Shown: piece by piece, positions 12,091 through 25,800 of the stretch
How the letters are laid out: each line of letters begins with the position of its first letter
Numbering within the stretch: position 1 is the stretch's first letter
Origin: Carcharhinus longimanus
Lineage: Eukaryota
Length of the DNA: 64,000 nt
NCBI GenBank assembly: GCA_030264375.1
Contig: JASCQW010000027.1
Span: 82,215,401 to 82,279,400 of the forward strand
Reading direction: 5' to 3'
Notes under the pieces: model-generated
The model's database searches: none
Seen by the model: only the letters and a program-made list of their open reading frames with translations
Told to the model about the DNA's origin: nothing
Translations under genes and position numbers: made by a program

Positions 12091-12366
12091 GGGCATTCTT
12101 ATGCTGTCACATTATTCCAAAAAGGGACTGTTGATTGGAGCACAGGATTAACAGGGGAAAAGAAGAAAATATTCAAAGCCATTATTGAAAATTCAAAGCA
12201 TTAATTTTATATGTATGAAATTGGAATGATTAGTTTTAAATCTCATTGTTTTGTTCCAGTCTTTTTTAAACAAACAAAAGGGAGTTTCCTTGACAGATTC
12301 AGGACTTTCTATTTATGATAGCCTGTGTTATTTCTGTCTATCCAAAAAAAAATGTTAAGGAAATAT

Positions 12367-13220
12367 GGGGCAGAATTCTCCCAAAAAAAGATTAAATGTT
12401 ATGATAGTCAGAAAAGGAGCAGCATGGCGGTACTGCTCCCATACGGCTCCAGGAATCCAGGTTCAATTCCAGCCTTGGATGATGCTTGTGTGGAGTTTGC
12501 ACATCTCCCCGTGTCTGCCTGGATTTCCTCCGGGAACTCCAGTTGCTTCTCACAGTCCAAAGATGTGCAGGCTAGGTGATAAATGGACCCTTAGTGTATG
12601 AAGATGTGTAGACTAGGAGGGTAAGAGAATTGGGCATGGGGCGGGTATGAGTAAGTTGCTTTCTAAGAGTCGGTGCAGACTCATTGGGCCAAATGGCCTC
12701 CTTCTGCACTGTAGAGATTCTATGATTTTATGAAAACAGGAGCAATCCGTGCTGGCTGCGCAGGCATGCGCTGCATCCAATCATCCCACATTCAATCACT
12801 TTTTTGGAGGGTGATGTGATGCATCACGGTACTGCGGAAAGTGGGGGGGCCCAGATACGCTGGTGAGCCTGGCTTCAGAAAACTTGCAAAGGTACCCCAT
12901 CTCTCAAAGCACTCCCAATCCCCACGAAGGTTGGGACCTCCAACCCTCATTGGCGGCATGTTCTTCTAATCCCTCTCTGACACAGGTCACTGGTATCAGG
13001 GTCCTCCCTGCCTGAACCCAAAAGGCCCCTCCAACAGGACTCCCAACATGATCCACCCCTGCATGCACCCCCTACACCCCTAACCCACCACCCCCCCCCG
13101 CCCACCACACCCACACACACACACACACACGTGGTGCCCAGTTGGCTCTGCCAAGGTGCCTGGTGGGCATTGGCAGTGTGCCCCTGGTCACTGGGGCATA
13201 CCAGGGGAGATTCACGAATC
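12367..13220. mobile_element. GC-rich non-autonomous element (MITE family M2) hosting a SINE
   Basis: Starts GGGGCAGAATTCTCCCAAAA, like 42760 (GGGGCAATTCTCCCAAAA). C-rich interior and GGGCATTGGCA..TGCCCCT motif shared with 43440-43465. Confidence 0.6.
12416..12732 (+). mobile_element. HE1-like SINE (tail type A) nested in MITE
   Basis: tRNA-like head, V-domain-like body, tail GACTCATTGGGCCAAATGGCCTCCTTCTGCACTGTAGAGATTCTATGA. Confidence 0.85.
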
Positions 13221-14364
13221 CTATTAGCTGTAGGACACAATTCATTTCATGTCACTCCTAACTTTGCAACAATCCTTGCTTAATAGGTCCTAAAGTCCAG
13301 AAGTTTACACTCCATCGCAAACAAATGAATATTTCCATCCAGATACACCATAAACAGTTAAACATTTTCTTATCAATATATCTTAACTCCAATTAGTCTT
13401 CCTTCAGCCTCCTCTATAGCAAAGATAAAGACCCACCCAGCCTATCCAATCTTGAAGCTTGGCAGAATTAAAAAAGAAACTGGAAGAGAAATAAGCAGGA
13501 ATATGAAGTTGATGTGTTCAGTGAATTGCTTTGCAAGCAAGAAAAAAAAGCCCATGGAGAAAAAAGATGGTATTAGAAAGCAGAAACTTGAATAAAAATG
13601 AGGTATTACAAAAATGATGAAAAGAGGAAGCACTTCAGGCTTAATGGAGTGAGAAGTGATTGTGTCAACAATTAACTTTTTGATCTACCAGGGAGCTGTC
13701 AGTCAGAAAAGCTTCAGCAGCTAATGGACCATCAGTTCCATGTGTAAACAATTCTTGACAAATCCCCTCTGTGATCTGCTCTGGAACTGTCTATCAAAGC
13801 AATTCTGAGAGGTTTCAGAGTTTCTGGGGCCCATTCAAGCTCGAAAAGGGGATCTCCTTTTCCCGTGGTGCAGAGACTCAGCATGTTTGTCACCCAGCAA
13901 GAATCCCAGTTTGGCCCTCACATCCGATTCAAAGGGCCATCCGAAAGCCTAGCTGGGGCTAGCAGCCATGGAGAATCTCATTGTATCTCATTTTCTCTCT
14001 CTCTTTGCTGGCACTTACATCTTTGGAGTTAATAAGTTGTGACTTTGTTATTTTAATAAGGTTATCCTGCCCTATATGGAATATAGTTCAGGCCTCACTT
14101 TGAATACTCTGCACATTACTTGAATGCATTGTGTTTGAACACTGGTATTGCATGGTCTAATTTTAGGGTCCATTTATATCTGAACTGAAAAAGATGCACG
14201 GGCTGTTAGAATGATTAAGGAGCTGAATAATAAAACATGAGAATAAATTCACAGTGTGAGACTTTTCTCATTGGAATAGCTTATCAGTGAGGTTGTAGGA
14301 GCAAGTGGCTTGGTTATCTCCAAAGTGAAATTTAGTGTATATATGAGTATGTATTGTTTCAAGA

Positions 14365-14730
14365 ATCGCCTAGTCTAATGGTCATAGTACTGGACTAACA
14401 ATCCAAAGGTTTTGAGTTCTAACTACCATGGCAAGTGAAAGTGAATCCAACTAATGAGATAATTTGTAGACTGACGCCAGAAAGGATAAAAACAGGGAAG
14501 CTGCAAGTTTGCGATTAAAACCCAGTTGATTCAATACAGTCTTTCAAGGAAGAAAACCTGTTAACTCCATCTTCGTAACTTCATACCCATATTGCATGGT
14601 TGACTCCTGATGCTCTCTGAAGTGGCAAACAAGCTAAGCAGTACATTACTCCTTCCAAGGGAACTAGAGGTGGGCAATAAATGTGAATTTGACAATATTA
14701 CCCACATCACAGGAACAAATGAAAAATGTA
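14365..14730 (+). mobile_element. Second tRNA-derived SINE family (tail GGGCAATAAATG..)
   Basis: Similar to 31820-32325, 40945-41580 and 60735-60905. Tail shared with the LINE copies at 33290-33760 and 55843-57420. Confidence 0.65.
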
Positions 14731-14843
14731 TCCTGGCAGAAATATTTTAATCATTGGTTGGAGTTGCCAAGTCAACAGGAAGGAGCCTATGTGTTGATAA
14801 TGTCCAGGTTTAACCTTTTCTCCTTTTTCAAAATGGATATAGT

Positions 14844-15642
14844 GGGCCCTATTTTACCATTTTCATTCTAAGTGCTAGACGGATTTGAAACTGGGAGTGT
14901 TTCAGATCCGACTTTTAGACCTGTTCTCAGACATTCCCATACGCACTCTGCCTGAAAAAATATCGGCAATTTCGAATCGCACTGCATAAGCCTGTGGGCA
15001 GGGCTTAACCCACCCGAAAACCTGCAGCTCCGATTGGAGCCTCCAAATGCGCATGCACAGAAAAAAAATAATAAAATGCGGCTCCTCTACCACATTGCTC
15101 CTAGGACGGATAAAACCTCCCCTGCCACGTTGTTCCCAGGCTGGATAAAACCTGGCCCCCACAACATTACTGACCCCTTTATTCCCCCACTAATCTGCCA
15201 CCCAGACTGATGGCGGCCCCCTCCCCCCTTTCCCCCTCATTGATTACAGGCAGAGTGACAGTGCCCGCCCTCCACCCCCCACCCCGCTCCGATCTTAAGC
15301 AGAGAATCATCGGACGCTTAGCACTTACCTCCTCAATAGCTGGAGCACCCAAATCGGACTTTTGTAAAGAATGTCTGTTTCAAGCAGAATCTGGATAGGC
15401 GAACACGATGGTAAAGGGGGAGGTGCCAGTAACATTGGGCATGCAGCCCATTAAGTCAATTTAAATGCATGCAAATGCATTTAAATGGCCATTGCGCCTG
15501 TTTCGGGCATAGCCCCAATCATGGCCATTTTTGGGCCTTGGTAAAGAGAGAACCAACGCAGAACTGACGTGGGCATGGATGGTGGACTTTACCAAGTTTT
15601 CATCCCCGAAAACAGGCACAATGCGTTGATAAAGTCGGGTCT
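14844..15642. mobile_element. MITE family M1, second copy
   Basis: Starts GGGCCCTATTTTACCATT and ends GATAAAGTCGGGTCT. Collinear with 649-1511 over its full length. Confidence 0.75.
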
Positions 15643-15699
15643 GGTATTTCTGGCCTCCCTGACCTTTAGTGCTTTGCATTTTGAATAACTTCTAAGACA

Positions 15700-15945
15700 G
15701 AGATTTTTTTCCCTCTTGGGAGTGTCATGAGTCTTTGCAACTCTGTCCCTTACAAGCTGGTAGAAGCAGAGTCTTTGCATATTTTTAAGGCAGAACATGG
15801 ATAGATTCCTGATGAGCAAGGGAGTAAAGATTATCCAGGGTAAGTAAGATTGTGAAGTTGAGGTTACAATCAGATAAGCCGTGACTTTACTAAATTGTGG
15901 AGCGGTTGAGCAGCCTACTCCCGCTCCAAATTCATATGTTCTCAG
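15700..15945 (+). mobile_element. CR1 LINE 3' end
   Basis: TTTAAGGCAGAACATGGATAGATTCCTGATGAGCAAGGGAGT...CCTACTCCCGCTCCAAATTCATATGTTC, a CR1-type 3' UTR. Confidence 0.7.
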
Positions 15946-17399
15946 TTTAAGTAGTTTGTTTAATGACACTTCTCATTAAGAAACAACAACTTTCATTTAT
16001 ATAGCCCCTATTAGCTCAACTGCATCCTTTGGTTTCCAGACCATTTTGAGCAGGCAGATGTGATGATGAACCACAGCAATATTTTTCAGCTCCACTATTT
16101 AAATGCATCATCTGTGGGTCAGAAAGGAAGCATTTTCAAAGTGTTAACACAGAACAGCAGGTGAGAGATGGAGGCCAGAATTCTCTTACCTCATCCATGG
16201 CTGGGATTCTCTTGTCCTGATGCAATGTATGGAGTTTCAGCTGAGCGACAAATTTTCCATTCTCGCTGGCGTCAAAAGCAGCAAACAACTTTTCAGCTGT
16301 GTTCCTGAATATCAGGCTGTTGGCTGTAAGGATCTGCGGGGAGGTTGGCCTATACAGAGAACAAGCAGTTTTGACTAAATATCCTTGAGGAGATCAGCAG
16401 TAGGGGTGCAGTGTCTTACTCCTGGATACAGCCACAAGAAGTTTAGTGACCTGAAAGGTCAGGAAAGGTAAATAATGTGCACATTCAAGAATGAGATTTG
16501 GAAGCATTGCCAACAGAGTGCTGCTGGATAGATTTATATTCTTAATGCCTAGGAGAGTGAAACCAGTAGCCAGTAAAAATTGATAAGCATTGACCATATA
16601 GTGCTCATTTTAGGCCTCTACATTTGTCATAGATCATACAGTGCAGAAGAGGCCCTTCGGTCCATCAAGTCTGCACCAACATGTGAGAAACGTTCATGAG
16701 GACATAGAGCTATTCAACTTCAAAGGAAAGCTAGGACTGTGTAAAATCCTAAATATTGACTGGATATAGAAGCACTTATCATCCTTGGAAATAGGATTGA
16801 GGGGAAAAAATAAAGAATTTCCCTTATTAAATTATTAAATGATGGATTTGGGAGTATGTTAGCTGGCATTTAGTTCTAGCAAAGCTGCCCCTCCCCCAGT
16901 TGGAGAACCAGCAGGAGCTCTCCGTCACTTCCATGGAGGAGGCCCAATCCTAATTGATCAGCGCCAGGTCTGTCAAACAATCAAGCCCCGAGTGGAAAAA
17001 AAATCCTACGCCCAAAATCTACTGGCCAATCAAAGGCTGTCAGCTGTGTCACTGGGAGCAGTGGCTACTGCCAGTTCCATTATCCAGCCCAAGGATTACT
17101 GTTGGATCTCTGGGTACAGGTGAGTGAGGAGGGATCTGATTCACTGGGAGGGTGGCGTCAGAGAAGAATGGCAGGGGAGTTGCAGGGAAGCCGCAGCCCC
17201 TACCCCCAACTTAGCGATGCTAAGTGCTCGTTCCCCTGATCACCAAAGGACCAACCCCTGCCCCCTCCACCAACCCCCTACAAGGTAACAGCATTTCCTG
17301 AGCAGCCTTTGGAAAGCACAGGAATGCTGGGTGCACCTTATTAAATCAGTGAGCGACCACTGAATTCCAGTGGGGACTGAAATAATTGGTGTGAAGTAA

Positions 17400-19061
17400 T
17401 GATAAAAGCAAATTACTGCAGATGCTGGAATGTGAAACCAAAAGAAAAAACGCTGAAGAATCTCAGCAGGTCTGGCAGCATCTGTAAGGAGAGAAGAGAG
17501 CTGACGTTTCGAGTCCAGATGACTCTTTGTCAAAGCTAAAAGGCGTGGAAAGTGGGAGATATTTATAGTGCAGGGTGAGGAAATTAAAGATGAGTCATAA
17601 CCATAGAAAACAGGGGGAAAAACTGCTAATGGCTGTCCATGGAGATAATAAAGGGTGTGAATGGCCAAATGGCAGAGAAGCTGTGAGTTGTGACAGATGA
17701 AGATATTGCGGGCAGGGTGGTGGGGGGAGGTGGTGGTGTTGAGACAGAGATAAAATTTAGAAAAGGGGAAACAAAGGGGAGAAAAGATAAGGGAAGGGGG
17801 ATAAAGTAGGGGGAAAGAGAAGTGGGGGGGAAGAAAAACAAAGAAAGACAGTAAAGAAACAAAAGGTAGAGAACAGTAAAAAAAAAAGAATGAAAACAAA
17901 GGGGTGCGTAGTGGGGTAGAGCAAATCATCTGAAGTTGTTGAATTCAGTGTTGAGACCGGAAGGCTGTGAAGTGCCTAACCGGAAGATGAGATGCTGTTC
18001 CTCCAGTCTGCGTTGGGCTTCACTAGAACAATGCAGCAAGACAAGAACAAACATGTGAGCATGAAAGCAGGATCGTGTGTCACAATGGCAAGCAACCAAA
18101 AAGTCAGGGTCCTGTTTGCGGACAGGCCGAAGGTGCTTAGCAAAGCAATCGCCCAGTCTATGCTTGGTCTCTCCAATATAGAGGAGACCACATTGGGGGC
18201 AGCGAATGCAAAACATCAAATTGAAAAAGGTGCAAGTGAAACGCTGCTTAACCTGGAATGAATGTTTTGGATCTTGGATGGTAAGNNNNNNNNNNATACC
18301 TTCAGTAATTGCCTGGGAAAGTGCCATGAGTTACAGAAGAGGTATTAGGTATAATGGGGGAGTGGGCGAGCTTATCCTGGAGGAAATGGTCTCTATAAAA
18401 TGCTGACAGAGGGAGTGAAGGGAAGATGTGTTTGGTGGCGGCATCACGCTGGAGTTGATGAAAATGGCGGAGGATTATGCTTTGCATGTGGAGGCTGGTG
18501 GAGTGAAATATGAGAACAAGGGGAACTCTATCCTTGTTCTGGGAGAGAGGGGAAGGGATGAGGGTTGTGGTGCGGGAGATGATTGAAGGCGCTGTCAATA
18601 AATGTAGATGGGAATCCACGGTTGAGGAAAAAGGAGCACATATTAGAAGCACCAATTTGGAAAGTGACATCATTGGAACAAATGTAACGGAGGTGAAGGA
18701 GCTAAGAGAAAGGGATGGAGTGCTTACAGGACATGGGGTGTGAAGAGCTGCAGTCCAGATAGCTGCGGGAGTCTGTGAGGTATAAAATAGATATTGATAG
18801 ATAATCTATTACCAGAAATGGAGATAGAAAGGTCATGGAAGGGAATGGAAGTGTCTGAGATGGACTAGGTGAAGGCGATAGAAGGGTGGAAACTGGAAGC
18901 TTAGTTGATGAATTTTTCAAGGTCTGGACAAAAGCATGAAGCAGCGTCAAAAATGTATCAATAAAGGATTGTGGGAGGGGACCTGGGTAAGTCTAGAACA
19001 AGGAATGTTCCACATACCCCATTAAAAGACCAGCGTAGCTAGGACCCATGCAGGTACTCCA
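17400..19061 (-). mobile_element. Penelope-like retroelement (RT C-terminus, GIY-YIG endonuclease, pseudo-LTR), decayed
   Basis: Minus-strand peptides IRCPQCGLLYIGETKHRLGDCFAKHL..EAQRRLEEQHLIFRLGTSQPSGLN (GIY-YIG), NKDRVPLVLIFH, and TDSRSYLDCSSSHPMSCKHSIPFS (Penelope RT thumb). Frameshifted. Confidence 0.9.
17499..17537 (-). ncRNA. Minimal hammerhead ribozyme motif with U3-A8 variant core
   Basis: Minus strand reads AGCT-TTGACAA-A-GAGTC-ATCTG-GACTC-GAAA-CGTC-AGCT: perfect 5-bp stem II, 4-bp stem I, GUC triplet. Confidence 0.6.
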
Positions 19062-19963
19062 TTGCTACTCCTAGTCCACTCCTCCACTATACCCAGCACC
19101 TCTCCTGTCACTATGGCATCTTCCCATGCAATCGCAGAAGGAGTAACACCCATCTCTTTAGCTCTTCTATGCTCACCATCCAAGGTCCAAAACATTCATT
19201 CCAGGTTTCACTTGCGCCTCTTTTCAATTTGGTATATTGCATTCNNNNNNNNNNNNNNNNNNNNNNNNNNNNNNNNNNNNNNNNNNNNNNNNNNNNNNNN
19301 NNNNNNNNNNNNNNNNNNNNNNNNNNNNNNNNNNNNNNNNNNNNATCAATGTATCATCAAATTCACGATCATCATCTGATAATTCACCAATATCAACATC
19401 AAAATCCTCGGCATCTAAATCACTCCCGCTATCATCACTGCATAATCCATCATCAAAGCTGTTGTTGGGGCATTTACTGCCTATGAAAGCGTCAAAACAG
19501 ACTTTCGTTTGCGCGCCGCCATTGTTGTTTACAATGCGACAAATGACTTGCTGTCACCACTTACCAGCCAAAGAGTTCTAATTCATTATCATAATGCATT
19601 AATAATATGTGTATGCCATCATAATTAACTTTATTCTATTCAATGAAGGGTGGGACAGGGGGCCTTACTAAATCTCAGCCTCGGGGTCTGGGTGGTAGTT
19701 AATCCACCACTGCTTACAGCTTCTCTGTCATTTGGCCATTCACATCCTTAATTCTCTCTATGGACAGCTATTAGCAGTCTTTTCCCCTGGATTCTATGGC
19801 TATGACTCATCTTTCATTCCCTCACCCTGCAGTATAAATATCTCCCACTTTCTATGCCTTTTTAGCTTTGGTAAAGGGTCACCTGGACTCAAAACATCAG
19901 CTCTTTTCTCTCCTTACAAATACTGCCAGAACTGCTGAGATTTTCCAGTGTTTTCACTCTTGG
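19062..19963 (+). mobile_element. Inverted partial Penelope copy (interrupted by a gap and an insertion)
   Basis: 19062-19244 is a reverse-complement match to about 18200-18380. 19713-19963 is a reverse-complement match to about 17440-17690. Confidence 0.8.
19345..19712 (-). mobile_element. Putative DNA-transposon relic nested in the Penelope copy
   Basis: Disrupted minus-strand frame MAARKRKSVLTLS*AVNA/NNSFDDGLCSDDSGSDLDAEDFDVDIGELSDDDREFDD. The segment ends in TTAATCCACCACTG (a CAGTGG-type terminus). Confidence 0.4.
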
Positions 19964-22591
19964 CTCATTAATGAAGCTGATTAACATCCTGCTGACAAGA
20001 TCCTGTGTCACTTCCTGCCTCTAACTTAACGGGGGCCATGATGCTGGGAATCCAATGTGGGTACATATACCCCACAGATTCACCCTGCACCCTTCCCCAT
20101 GTCCCCAAACCCTACACCTTACGTTCACCCTGGTGGCCTCTATTAAATTCTACTCATTCTCAGTGAACAGATGGGGGATGTTATAAATGAAAGAAACTGC
20201 AGCTAAAGATAACAAAAGAAGTAACTTCACAAACCATGTAAACTTGAGAGTAAAATGGTACAGCAAATATGACAGAGACTATCATACTGAAGTAGGGCTC
20301 CTAAGCCACACTAGACAATGTTTAGCAATGTGTTGACCACCTAGTTGTCTCACAAGATGGAAGGCTACTAAAAATGATCTATTACATTCAGAAGGAAATA
20401 CTACTCTTGTACTTGGTCTTTGAATGATTTTAATAATACTTCAAACGAAGTAGGTAGCAGAAGAAGCCTGATTATTAACTAAATCAGAAGACAAATAAAC
20501 ATAGCTCAATTTGCAATTTACTATTTAGAAGTAACTTATTGAAAATAGAGCTGTAATCCTTAAAAGGTTCACATTAATTCATGTGACACTAATAAATCAA
20601 ATCAAAATTCATAATGAGATCCATAATGGCATGAGCACTAGAAGAATTGGGCTGAAAATGTTGACTTTGGTATCTGATATCCCCGCTGAAATATATTGAA
20701 CTTACAGTTTATGGATTAGATTGAATTTAATTGCCATTTGAACACCAATTTCTTCAGTAGCCAAATTCTGCTGTTTCTCAATGAGCCTCAGTGTATGAAT
20801 GAGCACTTTGCATTAATGAAGTCTTCATCCTGTCCCTGGTAAAGAATGTCAAGAGTCACCTGTGGAAACCAATAGGTCATACATATATCAAGAATGAAGT
20901 GTCACTTCTGAGTTGCTACAGATTCAATGGGCCGAATTCTGTACTGTAGGCATTCTATGATGTTACCTTGCATTGCAACATGCATCATAGATATTAAGTG
21001 AAAAATGAGCAATAATTTTGACAGGCATACATATGATTAAATGTTGCCAACAAGGGTCTTACCCGTCATCAGGAGAACCAAGTCAAATCCAACATCACTG
21101 CCACTGGGGAAGGCTTTTTACTACTGGTTTGCTGTCTGTTAAGATGCTTCAATATGATTGGCTTCTTTCCTTGATCAATATTGCTGCATGCCTACAGAGC
21201 TCCTTCCTTAACTTGGTGCCAGAGACAAATTAACATTGAGAAGGAAAATATCCATACCACTGAGATTGCTTAATCAATGTGGCAATTTTATTTGAGATCA
21301 GCTTCATCATTGGCCACAAAATGCAAAACGTCATGAACAGCTGGGACCTTAAAACGAAATATCCATTGCTTCAGAAATGTTTATCATTTATTTTGTTTCT
21401 CGAGCATTCATGCTTTGATGGTGCCAAGGTCCTGAAAAAGTAAGAAAAGTATTTTCTGTCCTCTTCTCTCCTTCCCACTTACTAATAAGGTTTTAAAACT
21501 TAGTAGGAGCACAGCAGCACCTCCATGTTGAAACTAGTTTGTACAAAATGCTAATACTATAGGTTTGTTGCTATATATGATATGAAAGCTGTTAAACCCT
21601 AATAGGGTAAAGAAAACCAAAAGTTCCTTACTAGGTAAGTTTTGTGCTAGTTTCCCATTTTGTAGTTGAGGCCAAGATTACATTGGCGATGAGGCTAAGA
21701 ACAGATCAGTTATATCTTTGTAATAAAAAATAACCTTTTCCTCACCAATTTCATTGTTGTAACTGAAAATTTGACTACAGTCAATTAATCAATCTGGATG
21801 CTTCAAGTACTTTTTGGCACACAAATTTAAATAATTATAAGCGTCCCACAACTTTTTCATTAAAAAGAATGAATAAAGAGAATGTTTGGTAAAATATTCT
21901 TTATTATTGAACTTCTATCTACAAGGCTGTAACAGACCAAATTCATTTTGTTGTAAGCTAAAAACTGACTTTGGTTGAAAAAAATCTGACAAGTAACTTG
22001 CTTAAGTTCGTACCAAAGTGGTTAAACATTCCATCATATTTAGATTTAAAATTTGATATTCTCTTTCAAAATGTTTGGATCTTACAAAAATGGTTAGAAA
22101 AATGGGAAGAGCATCTGTTACTTGACAGTTTTCTAAATTAGAAAGTGAATTTTATAATAATAAATGAATCTTGTTCCTCCAGGTACATTTTGCTTTAACC
22201 AGTTGAGCTTAGTGTCTTTTATTTACAGCACACTGTGCCATGTTTTCAATGCTACAGTAAGTTCCCAAATTAAAGTATTTAAATTTTTTTTGGAGGGGGG
22301 AGCTGTGTATCAGTTGGTAGGTGTTAGAAATGTTTTGATTATTTCATTTTCTTCTCTCGTCTTTCTGTGATGATACACACGTTGTCTTTAATTATGTTGA
22401 TAAGGAGAAGTGTATTTTACCTTTAAAGACTCATGAGGCTTTCATTTTATTCTTTCATTTACTCAACCAAATGGTGCGTGCTTTGTTTTTTTTACATTAT
22501 GTCAATGGTTTTTTTATTGTCAATTGAGTGTTATATACAAATGTCAACGTGTGCGACTTGGCTAGAGTTCACCAGGTATCTGTCTCTTTAA

Positions 22592-22807
<216 letters not shown>

Positions 22808-25800
22808 TGATCTGGTCGGTTCTTTTGTAGGGTTCATTCGTGTTGCTTTCCTCTCTTGCAGGGTTATGAAGATAGAACCTCCTGTCACAGGGCCAGTAGC
22901 CATTCTTTCCATCATTTCAGATGAATGTATTCCTAAATTGAAACTAAACCCAGGTTTATTGCCTATTATATTTTTGATTAATAGCTGCTTCAATTTAGAG
23001 TGAAGAAATGAGATGTTCCATGACTGAGGATCCCCATTTATTTGACAAAGACTTGCTTTTTGGAGATTCCTTTGGTTTCCTTAAAAAGAAAACAGAAAAG
23101 TATTATACTGTTGCCTTAAATTCATATTTAAATTCTGCTGTTTGAGGAAAGATCATTTTCAATTACCATCAGTCATTTGCCAAGGAATGTATTACTTCTG
23201 CACCACCTTGACGATATTCTTCTTCACATGATGAACTAGCACTAACAAACCCTTAGTTTGCATTTTGCGAAAAAAGTTGTGCGATGTGAAATATTCCAGT
23301 TTTGCAAACTTACATACACAGCAAGTAGATAAAATATGTGCAAAGCAAACAATGACACTACACAATGTTCAATTCCTGTTTGATTTGAACAACTTTATAA
23401 TCTAATCACTTTGTCTTGAAATTATTCATTAATTGGCACATGTTTATATAATACAATGAAATAGAATGAGCATAATGCTGATTACAAGAATTTCTCAATT
23501 CTGCTGCTAAAATGGAAATGGAAATTATGGTTGAAAAGACTTTTGGATTTAAGAGACTCCTAATAGTAAATTATTTTTCAGTTTGTTTAAACTTCTATTA
23601 ACATTTTCATTGAATCCATGGACATCCTTAGATGTGCCATGCATAAGTTTAACAAATAGCTCTTTGAAAACTGTATGACATCAGATGAAAACAAAATTAG
23701 TGAGAATACTCTTATGCTACTTTAATATATTAAAATTAATTATTTTTGGTTTATATTTTCAATGTAATGAACTGAATTTACAGTTAGCTATTTGAAACTC
23801 TTAAGTATCATTGAGATTAAATTGCTAGATCATGCTTAAAGCTCTGTTGTATTTCAGATTAAATTGTTAATGAATTATTTGAATTTCTATCAATTGCCTT
23901 TAACTAGCTGTTAGTAAAAACAAACTATTATCAGTTAGATAATACACAGCAAGTTTAATTTATGAAATATATGTTTTCTGCATAACTTGAATATTCTTTC
24001 AACTTAACTCTATCATACAGGCTATTTACATGACTCAGTTATTCAAGAATATTTTGTCTGTGGGACTATTAATAAGCTACATGGAACAAGTGATTGTGTA
24101 TAATAATTCAGAAGTTAGGACTGGTTAAAATTAAAATCTTGGTGTTGATTTTACAGGTAGTTCAGTATAGGTTTTACATGCATTATAAAATATCTCAAAG
24201 CTTTGCTTTTATTTTACACTATCTGCAGTGATTTTTTTTAAAATATGTGTCAATAGTTTTAGACTGCAACTTGGCATTTTTTCATTGTGATATTTTATGA
24301 TTGCTCATATAAAGCATTAATCGTTGAACACTTGCACAGAATTTGTAAATGTTTGCCCTTCATGTTTCCAAAATGGTGATGAATGATGGCAAAATTTCAG
24401 GAGCATATCTTTTATTTATCCTGCGCATTGCTCAGGATAGATGTGTCATCTGAAGGGGGGAGAGGGGGTGGGAGGAGGAATCATACAGCAGTACAATGCT
24501 TCCTTGTGATCTTGCTCAGTATAGCTTTGTGAGAGCTATATGGTTTGTCACTCTTCCCACGCTGTAAACCATTCCCAATTCCAAACAGTTATGCTTTTCT
24601 TTTGTCAGCAGGGATTGGTTACAGTTTGCTCGTCCATTAGAGAACATTTTTTTCTCATTTTCTACTTGGTGGATTGGGTTTATGTTCCCCCAGGAGTCAC
24701 AGTTTGTTTCTTTTAGTGTTATCTTTTCAATTCTGGTCCATTTAAAGATGGTTTTGATGTTGGCACTTTCTCACTCAAAGCAATCAAAGTCACAGACAAA
24801 AAGCAAAATCTCCCCGGTATTCGTACAGCATAGAACATAGCAGCCAATAATGGGACTAATCTCTGAAACTGCAGCTCTGACTGTATTACCAGACAAACTG
24901 AAAATTAACCTCTGCTATGGCATTAACCTCTCCTCCAGACTTTGCACTAAAATAGAAAGTAACACAGGACAGTCTATAACAGCCTTTATACCTTAGTGTC
25001 CCTTATTACCCTGTTGCTCCTTCTGCATACCCACTAATTTCTTTCCCTAAATCAGCGATGAGAATGAATGAAGAATTGTCTTCTCATCTACATTCCCCAT
25101 GATCTCCTGGATCAATCTCTTGAGCTCAATGTGTTAATCACATTTAGTTTTTACACTGATGCTGATGAGCATGCTATACATCTTGACTCTGTTGGGATTA
25201 CTTACATCTTTTGGGTTTCCAGGATTTCCAGTGTCCGTCCACTCTAGTCTTTCAATGATTTGATTTAGGAAAGTCTGATTGTAAACTTTATCACTAAACA
25301 AATCTTAATTTTAATTTCCTCTTTTGAAAAACAGCATAGCTGTGTCACAAAAGTATACTATGCATCTTGCACAGAGAATTTTCTATTCCCATGAAAATAA
25401 ATTTTAAAAATTAGATGTATGGTGGCAGTGGTGCCACAGATCATTCAGCGAGTCAGTGTTGCTGTGGCAATGTGTAACTTTTACATAAGGCTGCAACATT
25501 CTTCCCATCACATGACTGACCAGGAATCTCTTCCACTCTTATCACTTGCTACTGGCATGTGCTGGAAGGAGCTGCAAATTGATCAAGCTGTTCGGCTGCA
25601 TTATGAACACACTTCCCTTGACAATCACCTCCTGGGATGAGACTCGAATTCAGTGCTTCTGATGCAGGGACACGACCCACTGTGCCACAAGGCCGCCCCA
25701 TATTGGATACCTAGAGCAAGGTTATTCCCCCAGAATATTCCCCAGATGGTAACATAAAATAACAGGGAATATATATTGTCCAGCAGATAGTGCAGTTTCA

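Noticed and set aside
17240-17929. 229-aa hydrophobic minus-strand ORF
   Set aside because: It is the low-complexity pyrimidine-rich 3' UTR/pseudo-LTR of the Penelope element and has no protein-like features.
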